NCBI GenBank assembly: GCA_002269645.1
Contig: NIVC01000391.1
Location: forward strand, 372,001-436,000
DNA: 64,000 nucleotides
Direction of reading: 5' to 3'
Source: Macrostomum lignano
Taxonomy: Eukaryota
Shown here in pieces: positions 38,100 through 57,539 of this stretch. Below the pieces are notes generated by a model. That model was given only the letters and a program-made list of their open reading frames with translations. It did not search any database and was not told the DNA's origin. Each line of letters opens with the position of its first letter. The first letter of the stretch is position 1. A program made the position numbers and the translations under genes.

Positions 38100-38375
38100 T
38101 CAATAAACCCCTCACCCATAAACCCTTGCCCATTAACCCTGCCCCATAAAGCCTGCCCCATAAACCATTGCCCACAAACCCTGCCCCATAAACCCTCCCC
38201 CATAAAACCCTCCCCCATAAACCCTCCCCCATAAACCCTCCCCCATAAAACCCTCCCCATAAACCCTCCCCCATAAACCCTCCCCCTCCCCCATAAACCC
38301 TCCCCCATAAACCCATCCCCCATAAACCCTCCCCCATAAACTCATCCCCCATAAACCCTGCCCCATAAACCCCTG
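38100..38375. repeat. About 15-bp C-rich repeat CCCATAAACCCTCC
   Basis: Direct inspection. Confidence 0.9.
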
Positions 38376-38414
38376 CCCTTTCCGAGCACCCAAGCACCGT
38401 CTCAAAGCCCAATC

Positions 38415-38865
38415 CATATTGGAATCCCCATCGATATTGGAATCCCATCGATATTGGAATCCCATCGATATTGGAATCCCTATCGATATTGGAATCCCCA
38501 TCGATATTGGAATCCCCATCGATATTGGAATCCCCATCGATATTAGAATCCCCATCGATATTGGAATCCCCATCGATATTAGAATCCCCATCGATATTAG
38601 AATCCCCATCGATATTGGAATCCCCATCGATATTAGAATCCCCATCGGTATTGGAATCCCATCGATATTGGAATCCCCATCGATATTAGAATCCCCATCG
38701 ATATTGGAATCCCCATCGATATTGGAATCCCATCGATATTGGAATCCCCATCGATATTGGAATCCCCATCGATATTGGAATCCCATCGATATTGGAATCC
38801 CCATCGATATTAGAATCCCCATCGATATTGGAATCCCCATCGATATTGGAATCCCATCGATATTG
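38415..38865. repeat. 17/18-bp minisatellite ATCGATATTGGAATCCC(C); scattered units continue to about 39250
   Basis: Direct inspection. Confidence 0.93.
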
Positions 38866-40852
38866 GACATCCCCAACGAGACCGACGCCAACAGCTCCGT
38901 CGCAACTACGTCGACTACATGTCGGCGATCATCGCCCTGATCGATGGCTGCTCAGAACGGCGCCAGCATCCCTCGATATTGGAATCATCGATATTACCAT
39001 CCCATCGATATTTGGAATCCCCATCGATGCTTGGACTCCCCTGATCGTATCAGGAATCCCATACGACATATTTCGGAATCCCCATCGATATTAGGAATCC
39101 CCATCGATATTCGGTTTAATCCATCCCATCGATATTTTGGATGCCCGCGATATGGCAGAAACCGCTGGTACCTGCCGATGCCTGCTGTCTCGGCTGGGGA
39201 GTCGCCCATGTTGGAATCCTCATCATCACCCTATTGGAATCCCCATCGCCTTGGAAGCCGATGCCAACGAGACCGACGCAACAGGAATTCCGTCCACATT
39301 TGCCCGCTACAGACCCGATCATCGCCCTGAGCAAGTCCAGACGCAGGCTGCTCAGAACGGCGCCACATCAACTGCTCTGCAGCTTCGGCTTCATGTCTGT
39401 CGTATTCAATTCGATTATTCTCTTCACCATCCTGTTCACGCCCAGCCTCCGTTCTAAGAAGTACTTTGTGCTCTTTGTAAACCTGGCCACGGCCGACCTG
39501 CTCACCGGACTGTCCTACCTGATCGTGACCGCTCAGAGAATCTACAGGCACTACAACGACATGCCAGCTTTCGCCACCGCGCTCGACTGTCTCAAGGACG
39601 TCTTCTCCATGTCCTTCCCGATTATCAGCTCGGTTTATTTCACCCTGCTCATCTCCATCGATCGCTGCTTTGCCGTGATGCTGCCGCTGCATTACTGCCG
39701 CAGAAACCGCTGGTACCTGCCGACTGCCTGCTGTCTCGGCTGGGGAGTCGCCCTGTTGGACGCCAGCTTCCTCATCATCACCCTGCCAAGGTGTGTCAAG
39801 AAATCCCCCATTTTATTGCCTTGGAAGCCGCTGCCAACCTCAGTTGCCAGAAAAACACGAATAAACTTTTTCACCAGGAATTCACGGCTCCACATTTGCC
39901 CCGCTTACAGACCCGACGCTCTGGTGCCGCTGTGCACCAACCAGGGCACGCAGGGTAAGGACTACAACAACTGGTCTACCACCTCAACCCTGGTCCTGAC
40001 CGTGGCCTCCATGGTGCTCAGCATGCTGTCCTTGGCCGTGATGTTCATCCGACTAAAATCGTTCTCTGGCACCGCGGCTGCCAGCGACGCGGCGTCCGAC
40101 TCCACCAATAGGCGAGTACATTCTGGAGGGGGGGGGGCGCTCCTTTGAGCAGAAGCTCAGGATATTTTTAGAGGCCATGGCCTGTGTTCATCCTGGTGAA
40201 CTTTAAGCGACATTATTACACAACCGGCGAGAGGCATTACTGCCCATTCCCTGAGCAGGCACACAAGCGCGCGGGTACGTACGCAATCATAGGCACAGAC
40301 AGGCACACACTCACACAGGAGTGTAAAACGGCCCTAACTTTATTTATCGTTAGGCATGTACACTTTCTGTGCTTTAGGGGTTGGTCCTGAGGGGTGTGGA
40401 GTCAGACACGCTCACCACACTGTACTGCTCTGCCCCTACTCTCAGCCCATAAAAGCTGCAAATATATACCTGTCACCCGCACTGACCGCAGAGAGCTTCG
40501 CGAGGCCTCCTACACGATCTTCTTCACCGTGGCCGTCATGTTCGCCACCCAGGTGTCGTCCCGTATCGGCTTCGTTTTCCTGGTGCCCGTGCCGCCGGCG
40601 CAGCGCTCCCGGATCGGGCCCTACATCCGGGTGCTGCAGCTGGTCAACTGCACGGCCAATCTGTTCATCTACTATTGGCGCTCCGCCGACTTCCGGCGCT
40701 CCTGCAACCGCCTGCTGTTCGGGGGCGAGCCTGCGGCCGAGCCTGCGGTCAGGGCGCCACCGTGGCGCCGGACCCTGGAGTTAACAAGAGAGGCGGCTAG
40801 AGGCAGGCTTTGGGCTTTGGGGTTGTCTCAGAGAATGTTTTGGCCACCTTGA
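38865..40852 (+). CDS. Class A orphan GPCR, spliced; 5' end scrambled. Proposed exons (about 39330)-39790, 39911-40111, 40492-40852
   Basis: TM1 SFGFMSVVFN, TM2 NLATADLL, TM3 ISIDRC, TM4 CLGW, TM5 TLVLTVASM, TM6 TIFFTVAVMF, TM7 NCTANLFIY. Both introns are phase 2 and frame-consistent. N-terminal-like fragment PNETDANSS at about 38870. Confidence 0.8.
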
Positions 40853-40885
40853 TGAATGTTACCTAGCAAAAACTGGAGAGACACT

Positions 40886-41191
40886 GGAGTTGCAGCCCAG
40901 TGGTCAGAGCGTCGAACTCACGACTGAAAGGTCGGAGGTTCGATTACCGATCCCACTGGAACAATTTGTGTCCTTGAGCAAGACATTTAACTCTGCATTG
41001 CTTCAGTTCACCCAGCTGTAAAATGGGTGCCAGCATTAGCTGGAGCAATTGAGGGTGTGCGTGGCGACCCCCAGTCCGTGGACTGAACAGCCGTACGCAG
41101 CCTTCAGATGCGCTGCCCAATAGCTGCGGCTGAGCTGCCGGTTGCACATCTGCCCAATTGGGGCAGGTGTAATCGATTATTATATTATTAT
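40886..41191 (+). mobile_element. tRNA-derived SINE with CORE domain
   Basis: A-box-like GCCCAGTGGTCAGAGC (about 40895), B-box-like GGTTCGATTACC (40937-40948), CORE-like TGTGTCCTTGAGCAAGACATTTAAC...CTTCAGT...CTGTAAAATGGG (40967-41027), 3' stem-loop, (TTA)n tail. Confidence 0.8.
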
Positions 41192-42076
41192 GTGATGAAA
41201 CAATAGAACCTCATGCTCAGTAATGTTACCCTGGTCACTGAGGGGTTTCAAAATTTCAAAATGCAAAATTTCAGAAACTTCACAACCGAGACTATTCTTG
41301 TTATTTTTGTTATTGCCGATGCACTCCGTTTGTGACTTCCGAGTTCGTTAATTTTTTCTGGTAAATTATTCTGAAATCAGGTAAAAATACTAATCTGGGG
41401 CACCTGGCGTCTGCCCTGAGTTGCTTCAACATCACGCACTGCCGGCGTCGAGTGCCTGAAGACTCTTGACGTACGACAGACCTTAGAGTGAGGAACGAAC
41501 CCCAACAACGCTCGTACTTTTTCAAGAAAGCGCACTGAATTGCTTTTCATTTTAATGAGTAGCCATGAGTAGACAGTAGTACTTCACGGTTTTTAACGGA
41601 AAAATGATTTTTGTTGTCATTGTTGTTGGCTTTTCTTTTCATCAAATGCTTCGTTATAGATGTTAGATAGCAGAAATCTGAATTATTGTTAGTAGAATGT
41701 GAGTAGTCACTTGTGGAGCAAACTGTATTATTTACACAAAATATTTACAAAGCACACCAATTGAAATATAACATTATATTTGTTATCCAACAAGTTCCTA
41801 ATATATTAATGGACAATATTAATGCTAAACAATACTCTACTCTTGTTTGAAAGTGTGTATTTAATCAGAAATTTATATTCAAGCAATGATGAACACGAGA
41901 CGATCGCTCTGAGGAAGGACTGTCAACTGAATATTTACAATATGCCTGCTGCGGACAAGAGAGCACATGGAAAACTTGTGGTGATATTCATGTCGATCGT
42001 AGTATGGAATACACTGCTCTGTGTTGAATTGGAGCCAAAATTGTTGCTTAAATGGAGAAATGACGCTAGATCGAAC

Positions 42077-42385
42077 AGGGGGTGCTGCAGGGAGGAGGGT
42101 GCTGCAGGGAGGAGGGTGCTGCAGGGAGGAGGGTGCTGCAGGGAGGAGGGTGCTGCAGGGAGGAGGGTGCTGCAGGGAGGAGGGTGCTGCAGGGAGGAGG
42201 GTGCTGCAGGGAGGAGGGTGCTGCAGGGAGGAGGGTGCTGCAGGGAGGAGGGTGCTGCAGGGAGGAGGGTGCTGCAGGGAGGAGGGTGCTGCAGGGAGGA
42301 GGGTGCTGCAGGGAGTAGGGTGCTGGAAGTGAAGGGTGCTGCAGCGAGGAGGGTGCTGGAAGTGAAGGGTGCTGCAGGGAGGGTG
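42077..42385. repeat. 17-bp G-rich minisatellite GCAGGGAGGAGGGTGCT, downstream of the convertase stop
   Basis: About 15 near-perfect copies plus diverged ones. Confidence 0.95.
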
Positions 42386-42480
42386 ATTGCTTCAAGGAGG
42401 AGGCTGGGTGCCGTAAAAGCGATCCTCAAGCAGAACTGCAGCAATTTTGGCTCGAATTCACATTGGAAGAATTCAGAATA

Positions 42481-50022
<7,542 letters not shown>

Positions 50023-50664
50023 GACCGGCCACCAGCTGCTAAGACATTCCGGGCTCGATCCGGGCAAGGCCGCTAAGAGTCGCCATGCAATTTATGCGCA
50101 CAAATTTATTTGCGCAATTCCTAGCTGGAGTCTCCAAGCCCCCTCCGCGACATGATTGGACAGAGCCGCCCGTCCCTGACGCCTTGATCTCCGTTGTCTT
50201 CCTCGCCGTAGTTGGTTGTTGGAGCTTCTTGCGAAATAAGCGAATGAAAATGAGGTGAGGAAAGGTGAATGAATGAATGGCACGGCAGAGCAGCAAGGCT
50301 ACGGCTATAAGGCAGGGAGAATACGCGCGCTTTCATTCAGTTCCAAAAACACAACCCCCCCCCCATTCAGGCCCCAGCGGATCGGGTTCCGCAAACAGCC
50401 CCCCTGCAAACCTGCCAGCTCCGGGCCGCGCAAATCCCCCCTCTCTCCACTTTGTCCTTCTTTCCCAGGGTTTGGGTTCAGCTTGGGCAACCCCCGGCCC
50501 TGGGAAGCGCTCCCCGCCACTGCTGAGTCACCGCACTGCAGTTTAGCCCATTCTACCCACCCCAACTGCAAAATCTTCACTGCAAGCAGTGTGCAGTACG
50601 CCGATTGACAACTTGGGATTCTAATGTTCACAATGGGATTCACGCAATGCTCAAACTACCAGCT

Positions 50665-51075
50665 ACATTCACACTCTGTTCACAATGAGAGTCGCACATT
50701 ACTCAGACCGCATTCACACTCTGTTCACAATGAGAGTCGCACATTACTCAGACCGCATTCACACTCTGTTCACAATGAGAGTCGCACATTACTCAGACCG
50801 CATTCACACTCTGTTCACAATGAGAGTCGCACATTACTCAGACCGCATTCACACTCTGTTCACAATGAGAGTCGCACATTACTCAGACCGCATTCACACT
50901 CTGTTCACAATTGAATTCACACATTACTCAGACCGCATTCACACTCTGTTCACAATGAGAGTCGCAAAATACTCAGACCGCATTCACACTTTTTACAATG
51001 GAATTCACACAATACTCAGACCGCATTCACACTTTCTTTACAATGTAATTTACACAATACTCAAGCTGCATTCAC
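50665..51075. repeat. 45-bp tandem repeat CATTCACACTCTGTTCACAATGAGAGTCGCACATTACTCAGACCG, about 8-9 copies
   Basis: Direct inspection. Confidence 0.95.
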
Positions 51076-51710
51076 ACAGCACTTTTTCTCTGTCTTGGCT
51101 AAGAAATTAATTTTGTCAGTCAATGCAGCCAATAAACAATAAAAACAGCATATTTTTTGTTTAAGCTCTCACGTTATTATCAGTTCTGTGAACCCAGTTC
51201 ATTCAACATCAGTTTATAATAACAGAACAGTTTCACAGGTGAAAAAGTGTCCCAGTTCGCACCTGAGGTGATTAAACTCAACTAATAAAAAGCTGACAAT
51301 TAAGCCATAAAACTACAGTCCTTTAAATTGGAAAAGTTTTACAAGCACCGCAGCAAACAGTTGGGAAATCAACAAACCAATCCAATACGGACAGGTGTGA
51401 ATCAACACCAACACCGCTCTTGACTATCGTGTTTAACAACTCGTTCATTTGTTGGCAGGTAAAACGCTGCCTATTTCTCTTATCAGTCTTTAACATAATG
51501 TTTTGAGTTCTTGTCTTGACTGGATTCGACCCTAGGCAAGAATCCGAAGACTGATTTTGGCTACACACGACTTCTTAGAGCCAAGTTGGGGACTTTGTCT
51601 CCCATATTTATAGTCTGATGTAAACATAATTAGCTTATATCAGCGTCTGCCAAATGCAATACATTATAGAACATTCACTCCTACACTTTGGTCCATCATT
51701 CATAATTCAT

Positions 51711-54624
51711 TGGTCACTAGTCACAGTTCGTTAGTCATTAGTCACAGTTTATTAGTCACTAGTCACAGTTTATCAGTCGTTAGCCACAGTTTATTAGTCA
51801 CTAGTCACAGTTTGTTAGTCACTAGTCACAGTTTACTAGTCACTAGCCACAGTTTATTAGTCACTAGCCACAGTTTATTAGTCACTAGCCACAGTTCGTT
51901 AGTCACTAGTCACAGTTCGTTAGTCACTAGTCACAGTTTATTAGTCACTAGTCACAGTTTGTTAGTCACTAGTCACAGTTTATTAGTCACTAGTCACAGT
52001 TTATCAGTCGTTAGCCACAGTTTATTAGTCACTAGTCACAGTTTGTTAGTCACTAGTCACAGTTTACTAGTCACTAGCCACAGTTTATTAGTCACTAGCC
52101 ACAGTTTATTAGTCACTAGCCACAGTTCGTTAGTCACTAGTCACAGTTTATTAGTCACTAGCCACAGTTTGTTAGTCACTAGTCACAGTTTATTAGTCAC
52201 TAGTCACAGTTTATCAGTCGTTAGCCACAGTTTATTAGTCACTAGTCACAGTTTGTTAGTCACTAGTCACAGTTTACTAGTCACTAGCCACAGTTTATTA
52301 GTCACTAGCCACAGTTTATTAGTCACTAGCCACAGTTCGTTAGTCACTAGTCACAGTTTATTAGTCACTAGCCACAGTTTATTAGTCACTAGCCACAGTT
52401 TATTAGTCACTAGCCACAGTTCGTTAGTCACTAGTCACAGTTTATTAGTCACTAGCCACAGTTTATTAGTCACTAGCCACAGTTTATCAGTCACTAGCCA
52501 CAGTTCGTTAGTCACTAGTCACAGTTTATTAGTCACTAGCCACAGTTTATTAGTCACTAGCCACAGTTTATTAGTCACTAACCACAGTTCGTTAGTCACT
52601 AGTCACAGTTTATTAGTCACTAGTCGCAGTTTATTAGTCACTAGTCACAGTTTGTTAGTCACTAGTCACAGTTTATTAGTCACTAGCCACAGTTTATTAG
52701 TCACTAGCCACAGTTTATTAGTCACTAGCCACAGTTTATTAGTCACTAGCCACAGTTTATTAGTCACTAGTCACAGTTTATTAGTCACTAGTCACAGTTC
52801 GTTAGTCATTAGTCACAGTTTATTAGTCATTAGTCACAGTTTGTTAGTCACTAGTCACAGTTTATTAGTCACTAGTCACAGTTTATTAGTCACTAGTCGC
52901 AGTTTGTTAGTCACTAGTCACAGTTTATTAGTCACTAGTCACAGTTTATTAGTCACTAGTCACAGTTTGTTAGTCACTAGTCACAGTTTATTAGTCACTA
53001 GTCACAGTTCGTTAGTCATTAGTCACAGTTTATTAGTCATTAGTCACAGTTTATTAGTCACTAGTCGCAGTTTATTAGTCACTAGTCACAGTTCATTAGT
53101 CACTAGTCACAGTTTATTAGTCACTAGTCGCAGTTTATTAGTCACTAGTCACAGTTCGTTAGTCATTAGTCACAGTTTATTAGTCACTAGTCACAGTTTG
53201 TTAGTCACTAGTCGCAGTTTGTTAGTCACTAGTCACAGTTTATTAGTCACTAGTCACAGTTTATTAGTCACTAGTCGCAGTTTATTAGTCACTAGTCACA
53301 GTTTATTAGTCACTAGTCACAGTTTATTAGTCACTAGTCGCAGTTTATTAGTCACTAGTCGCAGTTTATTAGTCACTAGTCACAGTTTATTAGTCATTAG
53401 TCGCAGTTTGTTAGTCACTAGTCACAGTTTATTAGTCACTAGTCACAGTTTATTAGTCACTAGTCGCAGTTTATTAGTCACTAGTCACAGTTTATTAGTC
53501 ACTAGTCACAGTTCATTAGTCACTAGTCGCAGTTTATTAGTCACTAGTCGCAGTTTATTAGTCACTAGTCGCAGTTTATTAGTCACTAGTCACAGTTTAT
53601 TAGTCATTAGTCGCAGTTTGTTAGTCACTAGTCACAGTTTATTAGTCACTAGTCACAGTTTATTAGTCACTAGTCGCAGTTTATTAGTCACTAGTCACAG
53701 TTTATTAGTCACTAGTCACAGTTCATTAGTCACTAGTCGCAGTTTATTAGTCACTAGTCGCAGTTTATTAGTCACTAGTCGCAGTTTATTAGTCACTAGT
53801 CGCAGTTTATTAGTCACTAGTCACAGTTTATTAGTCATTAGTCACAGTTCATTAGTCATTAGTCACAGTTTATTAGCCATTAGCCACAGTTTGAGCCATT
53901 AGTGACACTTTGCTAATCATTAGTGACACCTTGTTAGTCATTGGTCAGACTCACAGTCTGTTAGTCATTAGTCACACTTTGTTAGTCACTAGCCACAGTT
54001 TGTTATCCATTAGTGACGTTAGCCATTATTCGCAGTTTAGTCACTACAAGCGAGCACACGAATTCAAAGGCGCTACCGCAATGGTATGTAAATTTAGGAA
54101 CTAATGGCTAATGAACTGTGACTAATGACTAATGAACTGTGACTAGTGACTAAATGAACTGTGACTAATGACTAAATGAACTGTGACTAGTGACTAAATG
54201 AACTGTGACTAATGACTAAATGAACTGTGACTAATGACTAAATGAACTGTGACTAATGACTAAATGAACTGTGACTAATGACTAAATGAACTGTGACTAA
54301 TGACTAATGAACTGTGACTAATGACTAAATGAACTGTGACTAATGACTAATGAACTGTGACTAGTGACTAATGAACTGTGACTAATGACTAATGAACTGT
54401 GACTAATGACTAATGAACTGTGACTAATGACTAAATGAACTGTGACTAATGACTAATGAACTGTGACTAGTGACTAATGAACTGTGACTAATGACTAATG
54501 AACTGTGACTAAAGACTAATGAACTGTGACTAATGACTAAATGAACTGTGACTAATGACTAATGAACTGTGACTAAAGACTAATGAACTGTGACTAATGA
54601 CTAATGAACTGTGACTAATGACCA
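51711..54624. repeat. Two arrays of the same 21-bp unit (TTATTAGTCACTAGTCACAGT) in opposite orientation: 51711-about 54050 and about 54105-54624
   Basis: Right-array unit AATGAACTGTGACTAATGACT is the reverse complement of left-array variant AGTCATTAGTCACAGTTCATT. Confidence 0.93.
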
Positions 54625-55189
54625 TCATTAGTTAGGAACGCAGCACAGCAATACAACCACAGCAGCGTCGTCACTGCAAGCCGCTGGGCACGAAGCTGTG
54701 AGGAGGACAGGAAGACACATAGGAGACAGGGGGACACATCAAGGACACAATAGGGATACATAGGGGACAGGGGGGCATATATGCGATTGGATTTTCGGCA
54801 GCATCCAATTAAGTTTCCCTGGAAACTAAAGACTACTAAAAGTAGTAAATATGAAGCACGATGTCGATACAACAGTAATTAGCTACACATCCAGTATTAA
54901 CTGGGTCTTCACTGAACAAACGCAAAACCATTTACATGTATATGATTATCGGGAAGTTACGCAATGTAAATCCTCTCAACCAAATCCCAGATCGATGACG
55001 CATGCCTTCCTGAACCCAGCTGCAATAATCACAGCTGCGCGCGGCAATTGATGTCAGCTGCCCAATTTGAATGCAAATTTGCTGCGACAGAAATGAGTCA
55101 GCAAATCTGAAGTGTTTGCTCAGAATTTCACTGAAATGGGATGCAATGCATTTTTACTGGTTAATTCATTGCCTATGCTACCTCTCTCC

Positions 55190-55700
55190 ATCACTTCCAT
55201 TACCTCTCACCCTTCTCTCTTCTCATTACCTTCAGTTTCTCTCTCCTCTCTTCCCTCCCTGTCTCCTATCTTCCCTCCCTGTCTACTCTCTCCCCCTGTC
55301 TCCTCTTCTCACTCACTGTCTCCTCTCTTCTCTCCCTGTCTCCTCTCTTCCCTCCCTGTCTCCTCTCTTCTCTCCCTGTCTCCTCTCTTCCATCCCTGTC
55401 TCCTCTTCTCACTCACTGTCTCCTCTCTTCCATCCCTGTCTCCTCTTCTCACTCACTGTCTCCTCTCTTCCCACCCTGTCTCCTCTCTTCCCTCCCGGTC
55501 TCCTCTCTTCTCTCCCTGTCTCCTCTCTTCCCTCCCTGTCTCCTCTCTTCTCTCCCTGTCTCCTCTTCTCACTCACTGTCTCCTCTCTTCCCACCCTGTC
55601 TCCTCTCTTCCCTCCCGGTCTCCTCTCTTCCCACCCGGTCTCCTCTCCTCCCTCCCTGTCTCCTCTCTTCCCACCCTGTCTCCTCTCTTCCACTTCCCTC
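55190..55700. repeat. CT-rich about 20-bp degenerate minisatellite
   Basis: Direct inspection. Confidence 0.9.
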
Positions 55701-56183
55701 TCATTCCCATTTATCGGCATTGATGAAAGGATTAAATACACTGTACGCTCATATTGCTAAAATGAAAGTTCATTTACCAGAAAAAATCTTCATTGTCGAC
55801 ACAAATTGCAGTCTGCATCTTTCTGCGCAGTGATGCCCAGATAATTGCTTGTATGCTACTAGTAGAAGAGGGATGTTGCCGCTCGTGTGGTTCTCAGTTC
55901 GAACCGCATCTACAACGAATCGCACTGAAATTTCTATCCTGCCATTCATTTTGCTGTAAGAAAACAACACGCTTGCAATGCGCTGCGACTGAATAGTGCA
56001 AGTTGGCCCCGTACAGCAGCTGCAGCAAGTACAGCCGGTACTGACGGCTTGCTTTCTTTCGTCGATAGGGAAATTGCGCGAAATTCCAGTGGCCGAAGGC
56101 CGCTTGCAGCTGCTATCAGCGTGCAACAATCCATGGCTGAAGAGCGTTGGGGATAACGGGGATTAGAAGCTTTGACAGGAGCC

Positions 56184-57019
<836 letters not shown>

Positions 57020-57539
57020 AGTTTTGCTCCCCTGCCACCCTTCCAACCATCTGAAGGCACGCATTGCCGATGGCTGCACACTCTCTGATCCAAATAAACT
57101 GCAGCCCAGTTCAGACAAGGGATAAGCCTATCCTGTCGGCACCAACTGAATTTTCATCCCTCTCCGCCTTTCATTATTAGCGGCGCAATTTCTACGCTGC
57201 AGCGCCCAGGTGTGCAGGGAGAAACTGGTGAAGGGCTCTGTGTGTGGGGGTGGGGGGGGGGGGGTTAAGGGAGGCAGACCGATGCTTCCGAGGCGCTCCT
57301 ATCAGTTTTCGCTGGTTTTCTCTGCGGCAAGAAAATGCCGAAGCAGTTTTTCGCTTGCTTGCCGAACAATTTAACCTGTGCACCACACGGGATCGAGCCG
57401 GCTCTGCCGTTACTTACAAGGCACACAGATCAGCCAACCCTAAAACAGTGGGCCTCGCGTGGTGGTGCCTTCTGATTGCTATCTGTACGTAGAGAGAAAA
57501 TTATAGTAGTTCAAGGTCTACAGATTGGGAAACGGCTAA

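Noticed and set aside
40886-40960. tRNA gene
   Set aside because: A and B boxes are present, but I could not fold a convincing cloverleaf, and it continues into CORE domain and tail; it is a SINE head.
51710-53902. 730-aa LLVTSHS ORF (likewise 57501-60035, 48242-49535, 56147-57125 and the DRQT/SVCL, poly-S/V/Y and YG ORFs)
   Set aside because: Stop-free frames of simple repeats; no evidence of coding function.
55800-55870. Minus-strand YLGIT motif suggesting an RT remnant
   Set aside because: Surrounded by stops, with no other RT motifs at the right spacing.
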